Assembly (NCBI RefSeq): GCF_009914755.1
Contig: NC_060947.1
From: the human T2T-CHM13v2.0 reference genome, Homo sapiens
Strand: one strand, 5' to 3'
DNA length: 64,000 nt
This document shows, piece by piece, positions 29,231 through 44,951 of this stretch. Below the pieces are notes generated by a model, which did no database searches, was not told where the DNA came from, and worked only from the letters and a program-made list of their open reading frames with translations. A program made the position numbers and the translations under genes. The stretch's first letter is position 1. The number at the start of each line of letters is the position of its first letter.

Positions 29231-31772
29231 TCAATGTTGGAAATAAACATTAACTTCAAAACAAACTAGCTTCGGAAATGAAATTTTCCCAGGGTAGAAG
29301 TCAGAGACTCTATACTGACTTGGGCTCTACAACCAATACCATAGTGGCTCCAGGACAGAAAGGAAGGAGAGCAAGTTCTGTAGCATCTTAAATCCCACAG
29401 CATAAATCCAGAGCCATATTTGGTGCTTCTAGAATCTTCACTGTCAGTTGCAACTAAAAAATAAAACCAAAAAATGTGAGAACAGCACATCCCATCAGCT
29501 TGTTGGCTGGGGTCCGGTACCTGCTCTGCAATAGTTAACTCAGTCTCTTGATTATTTAAGGTGTACAGTGCTGGCAAACAGCTAGAAGCTCACAGACTCA
29601 GCGGCTGCAGCTCACTACACGGTTTTCAGAATCAGAGAGAACAATCTCCGTATTTTTATCACAGGATAAAGGAATAACTATCCTTTGGAAACCACTCCAC
29701 CCCACTTCCAACAAACATCTACCTCTGAAACCTTATTACTTCTGGTTTGGCAAGTTAGGGGTAATTAATCAACTATCCTGTCTGTTGGGGCAAGGGAAAT
29801 GGAAGAAAAAATTTGGAGAGTAAAAGAAGTAGAGAAAGTTCCAAAACAAATTATATTTTGGACAGATGGCCAAGAGTCTATATTTCCATTGCTAGATTTA
29901 CCAGTTAGTTTGGTAACAAATGCTGATGTTTCATTAAAGAGAAAGACAAAAATAAAAAAGAAACAGATGAAAGAATGAATAGTATATGGAACCTCTACTG
30001 AAGAAATAAGAAATTTAACCAGAAAGTCAAACAACTAAAATTTGCAGTATAGAAACTCTGAAAATGAAGACGTGTCTTTAAGAAAATCCAACACAGTATT
30101 TTCACAACTTGAATTAGCAGCAGAATGCAGCATGAAATGAACAGACTTTAAAACCATGGAACCGCGTTGGAATCTGTGTGATCTTAGGCGAATTACTGAT
30201 CACCCCCTCTGAATCTCAGTGTTCTCTGTAAAATGGGTATGATTAAATAATACATCCAAAATGCCTAACATTAGAGGGATAAATGTCAATCCCTTTATAA
30301 AGTAAGCTTTAAGTTATAGAAGTTTTTTAAACAACCTTATGTCAAAGTTCCTTTAAATGCAGTGCTCCTACCACATTTAAAATGTGAAAACGTTTAAGAA
30401 AATGTAATAATTCAAGAATAATCTCAAGAAGCAAGGTATATCTGCTCCTTCAATTTATTGAGTAGAACTACAGCTGGAGACAGAATTTTCAGTTTAAAGG
30501 AAATATCCAGGTACACAATTTAGGGACACTTGAGACGTAGTTCATCAGGTGAAACTGTTGCAGATACAAGGAAAAAATGGAGAGAGCTGAACTGCGTATG
30601 TCAAGTACATAGAAGCGTGTTACGGACATAAAAATTAAGGGAGTCCACAGGAAGTATTTATGAAGACAACTTCAAACAACACACCCTAAAGCAATCTGTA
30701 AAAAGCAGACAGGAAGAGACTAGAGAAGGTTGTATACATGCAGAAAAGCAACGGAGTAGCTCTGTTCTCCCTCCAAATGATCCTAGGATCATCAGGAATC
30801 AATATTGCTTCCCCACTCCCATTGAGGCCTGCTATCTGTAGCATCCACACCCTGAGTTCAAAAGGATTTTCCTCTGTAGAAGTACAGCTTAACTCCCATG
30901 GCTTGCATTCTTTCTGGGCCACCAACAATTTAGCTGCTGATCACTTCTTTTACCTTGTTACTTGGCTGTCACTGTGATCATGCACTGCTTTCACGATCAC
31001 TGGTATTTCTGGAATATCTACTCATTTCTGGAAAATTCTCGGTTCCTTCAGGCAAACACTTGATCTTTTCCTAACATTAAAAACTAGTTTACCTACAAAG
31101 TCTAGTTAAAATTTCCGGGAAACATTTTTTCAACACAATGCGAAATTCTCCCTATGGTACTAGAAACCCAAATCACTGCATGAATCAATACATGTGAAAG
31201 TCATAGTAATTAGTACAAATTAGTAAAGCTGAATTTTTCTGTATGCTGAATTATATACTTTACGTATTATTAATCCAGTATTTACATAAAGGCTGCATTA
31301 ACTCAATTCTCCAGCTAACAGCATTACTGGAATCACAAGTATGTAATTTAAAGCATACAAGCAACTTAACCATACTCTTTTAATAGAGTGTATGTACAAA
31401 CACAATCCATACTAAACTGATAAATTTCTTCATATTAAATCAAGCCATTATAGTGGAAAACCATCATCAACTGTTATTGAAGCAATCCTTGTTCTGTGTT
31501 GTTCCAAACGTCAGACAATCGCCATGTTAGCATTAGATGAGTGTCATAAATCAATGTGGATCTTAAAAGGCCCAAGAAATCAAAGCCAAACACAAGCTAA
31601 AACTAAATTTTTACACAATAAGGCTGAGAAACACAAGTGCATAGAAGATAAAATCCATGTTTTAGCCATTTAGCTTCAATACCTTCCAAAAAGAATTTAT
31701 TCTACTTTGTAAGAATTGTAAGCCTCTGAAAAGCCAGTCCCAAAATATTACATACATAATCTAAGTTTTAAG

Positions 31773-31951
31773 CCAATGATTCCTCATTATAGCTGCATAT
31801 TAGAATCACACAGAGAGCTTTAAAAAAATGTCAGTGACCAGGACCCAGTCCCAGAAACTCGGACTTCACTGCTTTGACACAGGGCTCTGGCGTTGATCTT
31901 TTTTAAAAGCTCCCCGGATGATTCTAATATGCAGCCAGGTGGAGAACCACT
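31773..31951. mobile_element. MER5A
   Basis: ttagaatcacacagagagcttt...gattctaatatgcagccaggtggagaaccact. Confidence 0.78.
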
Positions 31952-32211
31952 ACTTTAAACTAATGCAGGCTCTTCGGACAATAATTGCTCTGAGGTTGAC
32001 AAACATGCTTTTTTGCCTTTTAATGAGATTTTATTAAAACTACTCAATTCATTCCACAGCTAATGAAAGGCAGTTACATTGCACGCACTGTGTTAATGGA
32101 GAAAGATGTGTAAGAAACATTCCCTGCCCTCAGGAAGCTCCTTATTAGTGAACTAGAGAGATCCATAAATAAGTAACTGTAATTAAATAAAAGTGCTCTC
32201 GAGGAGTAAGC

Positions 32212-32302
32212 AAATACAGCATGCCTCACAAAGTTGCACGTCATCCTTAAGCAAGGGTCATGCTGCATCATTCCAATTTTAGTGTATGTCCTACCAGAGC
32301 AG
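32212..32302 (-). pseudogene. Degenerate U6 snRNA pseudogene
   Basis: Aligns to the reverse complement of U6 (tcatcctt..gca.ggg.catgct...ttccaattttagt.tatgt) with many substitutions and an internal deletion. It sits in L2-like sequence. Confidence 0.85.
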
Positions 32303-33997
32303 GAAAGTCTGAAGCTACAGGCTACTAAACAGGGCAAGTATTCACCTAACACAAGGTAAAAATGGTATGTATTTTGTTATTCCCTTTCATACACACTGCT
32401 GTACCAAGAAAGTAGGCATTTTTCTATGTTTTAATTTCGATGAATTGTCTTAAATTTCCTTCATGTAGTATTACCGGTTGTACACTTACTTATAATTGTA
32501 AAAGATACAGTAAATGATCATGACATAAAAATTAGTCATTAACCTCATTTGCATAACGCCCTTCCTTTCCAGTAATCGCTACATTTGCTAAGACAAGAAG
32601 TTTTGGGACTATGATAAGGTCTTATTATTGGAGATTTGTTTCAGTCATTTAAAAGATAGTTACATAGAAAATGTTATAGAACCAACAGTCACTCAAAGGA
32701 GTTTCTGCAAGATTTTCAAAAATGAGAAACACAGGGAAAAGAGTTTTAATTTTTAAAAAGGGAAACGGCATCCTTCCAATATTTGTAACAAATTGGGCAC
32801 ATGTTCCCTCAAAGACAGCTTTAACAAGGGTAAAGGCTGCAACCACTGGAAAGAAAACATATTCCAAATAATGATCTTATATTTCAAAACCTCATTAACT
32901 CTGTAAGTTATCTTTCTCAACCAAGGGGGAAAAAAACACACTGAAGGGTCTAAATTAAACGAGAACTTTCATTTATGCCATCAAGTAAGGCCAAGTACAC
33001 AGTGGGTGAGTGAGTAGGTGGTTGCGTAGGTAGAGGAGTGAGTGGGTAGTCAATTAGTCTTGAAAAGTGAAATCTATTTTAAAGTACCTTAGTAAAAATT
33101 AAAACCTATTAAGATCTAGTGGTGAAAAACAACTTGTGATACTAATTTGGTAAAAAAGAAAATCAAAATTCCATAGAACTTGGATAGAAATCAATAAAAA
33201 GGTTTTCAGTACATGTGAATATCTTCAAGGGCTTTCTGTTCAAATTCAGAGGTGAACAAATTATAAGTTAAAAATGTATGCTGTCAAGGTCCCTGCAAGA
33301 AAATCTCAAGCTAATTTCAATTTCCAGATCAATATATACTAAGACAATTTACTAGAGAAACCTTCAACCTTTACTCAGATTGAGGAACACTATTATTACA
33401 TTCTTTAACAATAAGGCTAGCTTGAATTCATTATTTCACATAATGGCATTTTATAATTGGCACTGACCAAGTCAGATTTTGTAGGATATGAATGAGATTT
33501 CACAGTTCATAGTAGTTAAGGTAGCCATAGAGTACCTATCACCTCAAAATTAGCTTGCTGCCCCTCTTTATGCAGCTCTGAAACAGTCAGAAAAGATGAA
33601 TTTTTTTCTCCCAGGGGTGTTTCCTGAAAAATATTCTATCAATTACAAATCAGCAGAATATGGACTGTGTTAATGTGATTCTGACCATTTCTTTTTGATA
33701 TCCAAAGAGATCACATCATCACCCTTCCAGACTTTAAGGAATCAGAACTAGTTACCAAAACTGATTCAGAGATGGCTATTTTACATCTTCACAATATAAT
33801 TAACATTTTAATCTCACATTTTCCAATTATGACTTTGTTAGTTCATTTACATCAGCTATAACTAAGATGCAACAAACATCATTCACCCACACATACAGTC
33901 ATTTGGAGGCTTTTGGGAAACACCTAATTTATCTTCACTGGGTGCTCCTAAGAATGAGGAAACCAAGGAGATTTTTGATGCATTTTTCTCTCTAGAA

Positions 33998-34499
33998 CTG
34001 TGCTATTCACATGTGGCTACTGGGCACCTGAAACGTGGCTGGTCCGACTGGGAAACTGAATTTTGAATTGTATTTAATTTTAATTAATTAAAATTTAAAT
34101 TTAGAAAAAGGTACTTGATTCGGTTATTGGAAAACTTTTATGTATATTGGGAACAACTTGGGTATGTGAATATACTTTTGCAAACGCAAATTTTATGAAA
34201 CCTAAATACAGATTAAGTATTTCTGATTTTCATCAGAAATGTAGCTTAGTGTCAGAATTGAGATGTGCTATTAGTGTAAAATACACATTGGGATTTCAAA
34301 GACTTAGCATAAAAGATGTAAAATATTTCATTAATATTTTTTCATATTGATTACATGTTGAAATGTTAAGTTTGGATCTACAGGGTTAAATAAAATATTT
34401 TATTAAAATTAATTGCACCTGTATGTTTTTATTAAATGTGGCTACTAGAAAATTTTAAATTACAAATGTGGCTCATAATATATCTTTTGGACAGTGCTG
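33998..34499. mobile_element. Charlie1/MER33-family hAT fossil
   Basis: cacatgtggctactg...ttggacagtgctg, with 8-bp TSD-like (c/t)tctagaa on both sides. Confidence 0.8.
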
Positions 34500-35882
34500 T
34501 TCTAGAACACTTCCACAAGCACTTTAACAGGACACATTTGGATACTTTCCTTTTAAGTCTGGCTGGTCATGTAACAATAGGGCAAGGAGTAACATGTCCT
34601 CACATCAATTGGGTCTGAGTAAAGTGTGTAGCAAGCTCTACCCACAATTTCACCATGTGAGGCAACACTGTAATACCTCAATATGGAAAGAAAAGGAAAC
34701 AAATTAGCACTCAAATTGAAATTGAGTACTGCAGACAACTTAAAAGAGATAGGGCCAACTGCTTTAAGGTCTTGGTTTCATTTCCCAACTGTGGACCTTA
34801 AAATAGACAATAAAGCACCGCTTCCAAAAAAAAAAAAAAAAAAAAAGAGGTAAGATATTTCAATGTTAGCTCTAGCGATCCTTATTAAGCAAAAATTTGC
34901 TCTTAAATCTTATCTCCTCAACTTCTAAAGCCGCAGAATACACGCTGTGTTAGGAAATCAACTTCAGATTGCCAGCATTTCCTTCACAAGCAAATTAGCA
35001 GGATTGTGCACTTGGAGTACTGTTTGACAAGAATGAAAAGGAAACTATTCAAAATAGATTTAAGGAATGGACAATTAGATGAGGAACTGCAGATTTAATT
35101 CTCAATCAGCACTGTGATTAATCTGATTCCCTGCTTTTCCCCAGCGTAATTATACAACACAGATGAAAGGATGAGCATTTGGACTGTCAGTTCTATATTC
35201 TAGACCAGCCCGGTGACTCAAAGCAGACGGCTCTACCACGCTAACCACCATCCCAACAACAGTCGAGGGGAGTCTCGAGCACTGATTGAACAGTCATTGC
35301 ATAACAAGGCATTAAAAATTCGAATGCCCCCAACTCTTTCCACGTTCGTGTACACCAGGAGGGAATTTGCTGAAACTGAAAGCACCCCGTCTTAAATGAC
35401 CCCCTCCAATCCGAGCATGGGGTGTACACAAAGGCATCTGTCTAATATCCCGCACAATAGACACACACCCCACAATTAAAACCCTGGACTCTCTCACCAC
35501 ACAAGCAAAGGAAATGCAAGCTGCTCTGTTTCAAAAATGGTCTATGGTACATGCAAGGTAACAATAACCCCAACTGAAGCAACTATAAAATCGGCTGTGC
35601 CACGTCCCTGTGCAACCGTCAGATAAAATGCAGGCAGCCGGCCCCACGCCTTACGGGGTGGCCAACCTCGGCTCGGTGGCCTCAATGGACCGCTGAGAAC
35701 CCCCAGGCCCCCGCCTGGCAGGAGCTCCAGGTACACGTCTATAAATACTCCAGGATGAGAAGGACGAGAGGGGAAGAGGGGAAGGAGGGAGGGCAGGGGG
35801 CAGGCCCCGAGCGGGTGCGGGAAGACCGGGGCATCACTGAAATGCATTTTTCCACACTCCCGCTCCCTCGCGTGGAGACTCA

Positions 35883-36500
<618 letters not shown>

Positions 36501-36736
36501 CCGGGAGTGGGAGGGGGCTTCGCGGGACCGGCGCTCTGTGCGGGCGGGAGCCGCGGCCGCCGCCTTCTGCTCCGCCCCTACGCCTCAGCAGCCGACCGGC
36601 TCGCCAGCCCCGCTCACCCGCCTCGCGCAGACACGCCCTCCTCCCCCGTCGGCGGCGCGGCTTCCAGAACCACAGGCTCCGCCCACTCCAACCGGTCGGG
36701 AGGCGGTGGCCCAGGGAAAGGGGAGCGGGCCGAGCG

Positions 36737-36746
36737 GCGCATGCGC
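36737..36746. promoter_or_regulatory. NRF1 consensus site
   Basis: Perfect palindrome GCGCATGCGC within the CpG island, upstream of CASK exon 1. Confidence 0.65.
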
Positions 36747-38846
36747 GGGGCGCCGGCCGCGTCACGGCGAACGGGCGGGCACCGGGATTCTAGAGGGCGC
36801 GGGGGGTTGAGTGGGGCGCGCCGGCTGCAGCTGCCGAGGCGGGGCTGGTTGGGGTCGTCGCCTCCGCGCCTAGCCGCGACCAAGCCGCGAAAGGGGCTGG
36901 AGACAAAAGGTCCACGGCTGCACGCTCGTTGTCCGGCAAGAGGCACGAAACTCTGGCCGCTCCCCTTTCCTTCTTTTGTAATCGCAGGGAGCCTTTCCCA
37001 GTTTTTTGCTGGGAAAAGAGGCAGGGAAAGGGTGCTAATGAATGAGAAAGCTAAAAGAGAGGTGGAGAGAGGTTGTCACTGAATCCGTGCTTGGCAGCGG
37101 ATGCTTTTAGTGCTACCCTGTCATTCCTTAATGAAGATGAGGGCTGGGGGTAAGGGGAGGTCGTCCAAGAAAAGGACTAAACAAAAACTGCCTAGGAAGG
37201 TGTGCGACAGCAAACGGTCATCTATAGAGACAGCTTCTCCCACGTTCTGCCCCAAACTCAACAAATATCTATCCAGCGCCTACCCTCACTAGAGACCAAC
37301 CTAGAGAGAAGCTAGGAAGGCAGGGACAAACCGTGACTTTAAGCTCATTTGTATATTGTCCTCAAACTCCCAGGACCTACTCTGCTCTCTATACTCCCTA
37401 TAAATGTTAGACTTGTCAGGAACAGAATGCAACTAGAGGGAGTGCAGGCACAGGAGCAGCCAGGGAGTGAGGTTCTGGGTGTTGCCGCTGTGCTAGGTTG
37501 CATTCAATATGAAGATTTCTGTTCAACTGAGCATGTGCGGAATGAGCCAGCGCCATCAGACAGGTATATGCCTCAGTTGAAGACCAATAGTGTCTTTGTT
37601 CCTCCGCACAGCAAAAGTGCCCAATTAGTTCATAAGTCAGTTTCCAGAAATCGTCTGGTAAATTTCTCAGTGCAGTATTTTTTTTAAAAAAAGTATTTAT
37701 TAATACCAAAGTGGAGGGGGTGATGTGGAGACTCACAGCCTATTTTCTCTTCAGAAACGTTTCGTGCAAACCCTTGACCACTCCCTCAAAAGGCTGAGAG
37801 ATTTGCCTGCTAAGGATTTGGGTACTAAACCTTTTTTTTTTTTTTAAATGCAGATCAGAGGACAAGTGTAATTGCACACGGTTTTCCTCCTTTCTCAAAG
37901 AGCTTGTGCATTCTCTAGAGACGGGGGCTTCAGAACTTGAGAAACATTGCCTCCTTTAAGGGTCCAAGAGTTACTCACCACAAGTTGGCATGTCCAGCTC
38001 ATGTCTAATGAATAAGGCGTCACTCCATTCTGCCCTGAAGTGCACAGGGACCCTCTCAAGTCACCTTGTCAGCTTCACTTCTTTTCCCCAGCCCAAGACT
38101 GAGCTATACCAAGCCTTGTCGACTTCATTTTGGGGTTTGTTGTCTTCTACAGGGACCTATGCTCAGAGGTAGAAAAGGACAATCATAAAGTAAAACAGAA
38201 AAGAAAGTGCAGGTGAAAAAAAGAGAGACAGACGATTGCAAAAATAAGTAAGTGCTCTGCTCATAGGATCACAGTTGGTTTGGATCTGGAAAGAGACTCC
38301 CTCACTTACAGATGGAAGAATGTGGTGGTTGCTCTCCCAAAAGCCATCCCACCCCTCTCCCCCACCATGGGGTAGCAGCTCTGGACTTGAGGTGAGATTG
38401 TAACCATCTTTACTGGAGAGGTGGGCTCTGATTAATTAAACTAACACATGCAGCCCCCTTGCCACAGCGATAAGCCTAATTTAATCAGCTCTTGGCACTC
38501 CCTGGTCACAAGCTTTGAGTGGTTTGAGGTCTGCCAATCAGCACAAAGCTGAGGACTTTTTCTCCTGATCTGTACTTAGATCTCCCAGTTCCCAGTGTAA
38601 TATTTAGTCATATAGAAATTCTCTGCAATACACATCCCTCAGAAGTTGTACCATGTATGATGGTTAGAAGTAGATCCTCTCTGCTTCGGGGACTAAAATA
38701 AGCAAACCTTTTAAATTAATTTTTCTCTGGGTGTCTTCCAAAAATCCAATACTGTTCCAACAAATAAGCCCATGTATTAGTGAGTCAGGTGTCAATAATT
38801 TGGTTCTGTTTTCGTTTCCACAAAGAAAATGTTAAAGTAAGTGCAT

Positions 38847-39578
<732 letters not shown>

Positions 39579-40149
39579 GATTTCTAATGCTAGGAAAATT
39601 ACCAATAAAACAGTTCTACGTCTTCATCATAATGTAGCTATACCTCTAGTATATAATTGATAGGCCTTAAAAAATTCAGAAACATCTAAAACCCCACAAG
39701 GATGGAGTTGGTGCTAAACAAATTTGATTCTCAGATGTCAGTGCAAATTTTCAGTGACTTCGAGGTCTTGGACTTTCCTCACAACTGCACTAGACATTCT
39801 CAGGTTGTCGGGCTCCCACATCATTTCAGCATGACACAGACATACAAGGGAAAAACACACTCCAGAGAAATATTAGCATGAGGGCCACACACAGAGGTCA
39901 GTGTGGCACGGGGCTAATTTAGGCAATTTAGAGTTCAGCCTCACTCCATAGTATGATTGTTTAAGGATATAAATTATTACTGAATTAATGAATAAAATTA
40001 AGAATGACACTGTTCTCAACTGGAATAGTTATTGCCTCACGGTATAAACAGGATGTTCTAAGCTAAAATGAAAGACACCCTTCCTCTCTCCAGAAAAAGC
40101 TACATATATTAGACTTATACTCTGATATCATTTTGCAAGTTATTTATTT

Positions 40150-40620
40150 TATATTTATTCAATGAATGTCTGTGTTAGCCATGGGGGCTATAGCTGCAAA
40201 TGGTTCCCGCCCTCTCTGAACTTCATTCTAAAAGAAAACAAGTTGTCGGCAAGTAATTACATTGAAGAGTGATGTTTGTTAGGATTTAGGAAGTATGGGG
40301 AACACATATTGAGAGGACTTATGGGTTGGGGAAGGCCCAGTTGAAAAAATGTTTAGAACAAGACTATAGAAATTATAGAAATTAATCAGGTGAAGGGAGT
40401 AGGGGCCAGTTGATTATCGGTAGAGAAAACAACATTTCTGAAGTCTTGGAGGTGAGCAAGCATATGCTCTTTTAGAAGAAGAATATGCTGTTTTGGAGAA
40501 GTAGGTCACGGCTAGATCATAGCCTATAGGAAGAAAGAGGCCAGAGGGAGTTAGAGAAATAGGCAGGGGCCAGACACTGAAAGGCATCAATTACCATTTT
40601 AAAGAGTTCACTCACTGAAA
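40150..40620. mobile_element. L2 fragment
   Basis: tttattcaatgaatg...ggcaggggccaga L2-like text. Confidence 0.55.
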
Positions 40621-40811
40621 GATTACAGATTTCAGTGGTACTAGAGTCTTATGTGTAGACTGAGTTACCCTGAAACCCCAAGCATGAACAGAATTCTACT
40701 TTTAAGTAATTATTCCCTTTGCACTGGGTGCATGTTGTTCTCTCCCTTGCTTTTAAAAATCCAGATACTCCTGTAGTAAATATGAAATCCTTTAAATGGT
40801 TTCAGCAGACA

Positions 40812-41260
40812 CTGTAGGTGCTCCATTCAAATTCCCTCGGATCCCCTTTCCCATTTCTGTGTGCCTCACTCCAGCTTCAGTGTATTTTTGCTTCCAAAGT
40901 TCATACCTGTGACTCCAAAGGACTTCCCACAAGCTACTGGAATCATTTTGCCCACGCGGAAGTGCCTGGGAGTTTAGGTTGATTAGCTGTTAGCCAATGA
41001 CCCATAGTGCAAGAATATGAAAGCCTTGACTGGGGAAGAGGGGACAACTCTGAGGGGTTACTTACAGTCCAGAGGTCCTCTGTGGGATCAGGCTGAAGGT
41101 ACCCTTCCCAGGACTTTGCCTGAAATCCGACCCTTGTTTGGTTCCCTTTCCTACTTCTCTCATTACCTACCAAGTTTCTCCTGGGCGCACTTCCTTACTA
41201 AATCACTTGCTCATGAATACCCTATCAGGATCAGCTTTTGAGGAATCCATCCTAAGACAA
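40812..41260. mobile_element. LTR16-family (ERVL) LTR
   Basis: gggacaactctgaggg...aaatcacttg...cctaagaca motifs. Confidence 0.65.
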
Positions 41261-41393
41261 TGGCGTTTCTCCAAGTGATAACTGCCTCAGAATCACCTGG
41301 AAGCTTATGAAAAGTGTTAAAAATGTTGATTCCTGGGCCCCACCCAAGACATACTGAACCTGAATCTCCTGGAACATGTTGCAGGGATCTGTA

Positions 41394-41517
<124 letters not shown>

Positions 41518-41774
41518 AAGGGATCTGTATTTTTATGAGCTCCACAAGTAAGTCTAGTACACCTAAAAATTAAGAACCACCGTCCTAACACTGGCTGTTG
41601 AATAAGCTCTCTGGAAAAAAGGATCCAGGGTTGACCTCATCAATAGGGTGGAGAAGGCATAAGAAATGCAAAAGAACACTCCAGGGAGCAGAAGAGGACC
41701 TGATTACAAATGTGTTTCCTTCCCAATTTCTTCTGGTGCCAGTCCCGCAAACCTGTGTCTAAAGATTCATTTTG

Positions 41775-42152
41775 TGTGGTATATATACATACATATGCAT
41801 ACACACACAATGGAATATTCTTCAGCCATAAAAAGAATGAAATCATGTCTTTTGCAGCAACATGGATGAAACTGGAAAGCATTGTCTTACATGAAACAAC
41901 TCAGAAACAAAGTCAAATACTGCGTGTTCTCACTTATAAGTCAGAGCTAAATAATGTGTGCACATGGACATGGTGTATAGAATAATAGACATTAGAGACT
42001 CAGAAGGGTGGGAGGGGGTCAGGGATGAGAAATTACTTAATGAGTACAATGTACATTACTCGGGTGATGGTTGTGCTAAAAGCCCAGACTTCCCCACTGC
42101 CACTACGCGATGTATCCATGTTACAAATTGTACTAGTACCATACAAATAAAA
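41775..42152 (+). mobile_element. L1MA/PB 3' end
   Basis: Encodes MEYSSAIK / NEIMSFAATWMKLE remnants, followed by L1 3' UTR. Confidence 0.88.
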
Positions 42153-42245
42153 ATGATTCATTTTGCCCTTCTTTCTTTAATATCAATGAACAAGTCACTG
42201 GAAACTTTGACAGTGGAAATAATATTGCCTTTGGAAACAGCACAG

Positions 42246-42800
42246 TGTCAGATTCTTTGAGTTGCAAGTGACAGAAAACTTAAACAAGCTTAAAAATACA
42301 AATAATCTATTGGCTTACATAATTGAAAATTGAGATGTATGCTAGCTTCAGGTGAGGCTTGATCAAGGGCTTAAATAATATCACTGAAGATCCACTTTCT
42401 CCCAGTCTCAACATTATGCATTCTGTGGTATTGGCTTTATCCTTACTTAGGTGCAACAACGTAGCACCCAGAGCTCCAGGCTCTCCCTTTGATGTAGCAA
42501 ACCAGCTGCCACTGTTTCAGACTTCATCTCCTTATACATCTAGGACAAGAAAAAAGGAGGCTTCTCCAATAGATCCTGCCCATGTTCTATGATTCACTCT
42601 CTTTCATCGGCTTGATAGTGGGGCACATAATTATCCCTGAACCAATCAATGTAGCTGGGGAATGAGAATCACTAAATAACTTAACCAATCAGGGTTAAGT
42701 TATTAAGCTGGGGGTGGGAATGGGGATAGGAAAAATCCACAAAGGAAAATCAAGACACTTTCAGCAGAAGAAGGGCAGAATGAATGGTGGGAAGGCTCCC
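42246..42800. mobile_element. Old MLT1 LTR
   Basis: gttgcaagtgacagaaa...gcttcagg...ttgatcaagggct...ccctgaaccaatca. Confidence 0.65.
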
Positions 42801-44369
42801 TATTCTCCTAGTCCTCCAAACACTGGTATTGGCTTTTTCTTAGCACTCTATTTTTTTCCACATTTCAGCTAGTCACCACACCCTGTCAATTTTTTATTTC
42901 AAAATTTCATTTAGATCCTCCTTTCTTTCCACTTTCTTCAGTCCCCACCCCAATTCACTTCCCCATCAACCCATACTAAAATGTCACTCCACTTTACTAA
43001 CTGGGCCCCTCCCTCCAATTGCTTGTCCTATCCTACTCACCCTGGGGAGGCTCAATTCACGTCCATGAGAGAGGATTCTCAGCATCTAGAACAATGCCTG
43101 ATGTGTAGTAAGCATTCTAAAGGCATTTGTTGAATGCGGAATGAATGAATGGCTTCATATCCCTTATCACTTCTTGGAATTCCCTTTTATTCATTTTGTT
43201 TATATCCTTTTTTTTTCTCTTCACCACCAACTCCTAGAAAGTGTCTGAAGCATAGTGGGTACTCCATATATATTCGGTAAAGAAATAAATTACTATGTAT
43301 TTATTGAATTAGAGAATTATGCATAGTTAGGAAAAAGAATGAGAAGTCAATAGAAACAAAGTGGTTCAATTCTTGGGGAGAAAACGCCTAACAGAAGAAA
43401 CAAGATTTTCTCAGAGGAGGGGAGAGTCAACAATATTAGAGCTGAAAATGTATCAGAGAACAGGGACAGAAAAGGGGGCACAGGACTTATTTCTACTAAT
43501 TGAAAATAGTTCTACTAGCTATCTTTTATGTAGAAAAACAAAATTTCACACATCACTGGAATTTTTCCTTCTGTTTTTAGCTATGAAAGATTTCAAAGGT
43601 AAACGTGAGAAATTAAATCTCTCCCTTAAATTATTTTATCTGTATTTCTTGGTGCTTTCTTTCCAAGCTGCCATGAAACTGTCACACAACATGGCAAAAA
43701 CACACAATCAGCTACAATATGTTCACTGGGTGACTTATATTGAGCCCAGCCCTGGTTAAGTTGCAAAGAGTCATGTAAGTCACCCAAGTTCCAATAGAAA
43801 TGAGTATAATTTACTATGCTAAGTGCACTATGGAAAAGGTCAAGTAATTAATAAGTCGCCAATATTAGATACAAGCCTATCAACACTGGAAGGTTTAATC
43901 ATTTACTCTCCTTGGGGCTTCGGTGAAGCAGATCCTTTCTGGGGATCTTTTCTGGCAGTTTGAGTCTATAAAACTCTTAAGGAGATATTTCCTTCTTAGC
44001 ACACTTTCTCGTAAAATGATATCTTCTTAAAAATGGAGGCGCTCTTCCTGAAAAATCTTTATTCTCACAGAGGTAACCTATGTCAGGATCTGCACTAATG
44101 AAATGTTTTCCATTTTGGTCAAGAGAAAAAATACGTAGGCTGTTTGTGCTAATTTCCAGGTCTGTTAGGAACTCTTTAGTAATATTTTACCTTAAGTGTC
44201 CTAATCGAATATTTTCCATTCAGGCTTATTTACCTTTGTCATCGCTTATAAATTGTCTTATAAATGGAGACAATAGCTAAGACAGTAGCATTTTTAGAGA
44301 TGGTAGCAAAACCAAACTAAGGGGAAAAGATAGAGATTCTAATGATCCATAAAGAAATAACAGAAGGAC

Positions 44370-44610
44370 CATTTATTGGAGGCTTATTATAAATGCCGGA
44401 CACTATGCAAAGACATTACACATGTTTCATTCAACCCATATAACAAACTTATAAGATAAATATTATCACCTTCATTTTACAGATGAGGAAACTGAGACTT
44501 GGAGAGAGGTTGATTAATATGTCAAGGATCACACAACAAGAAAGAGACAGGACCAATGCTTGAACCAAATCTGCCATATCTCAAAAGCTGAATCATTGTA
44601 TACTCTGCCT
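44370..44610. mobile_element. MIR
   Basis: cattttacagatgaggaaactgag core. Confidence 0.8.
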
Positions 44611-44951
44611 TTGGCTTTTGTGTATTTCTCTGAGGCAGTAAGTCTTATCTTCACTTTCTTCATATTAAGCAATGTATGCCCCAGGCAAAAGGTACAATAG
44701 GTTGAATAACAACAGCAATGACAATAATCATTCCTGTCCATTGAAGTTTTATTTAGTGGCAGGCACTGTGCTAAGTGTTTTTCAAGCATTTATTGGCTTA
44801 TTCAATAAAACTTTATTGAGCCTTTATTATGTACTAGAGATTAAAGGTACAAAAGTGAGTAAAATCAACAAGATTCTTGCCCTCTTGGAGCTTATAGCTC
44901 AGTGAGGGAGGCAGACATGAATCAAATAATCACAAAAATAAATGTATAATT

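Noticed and set aside
32212-32302. Functional U6 gene
   Set aside because: Heavily diverged, ACAGAGA region deleted, no recognisable PSE/TATA arrangement.
34826-34856. A20 run followed by a strong donor-like gag|gtaaga
   Set aside because: On the strand opposite CASK, with no supportable upstream exon or retrocopy body.
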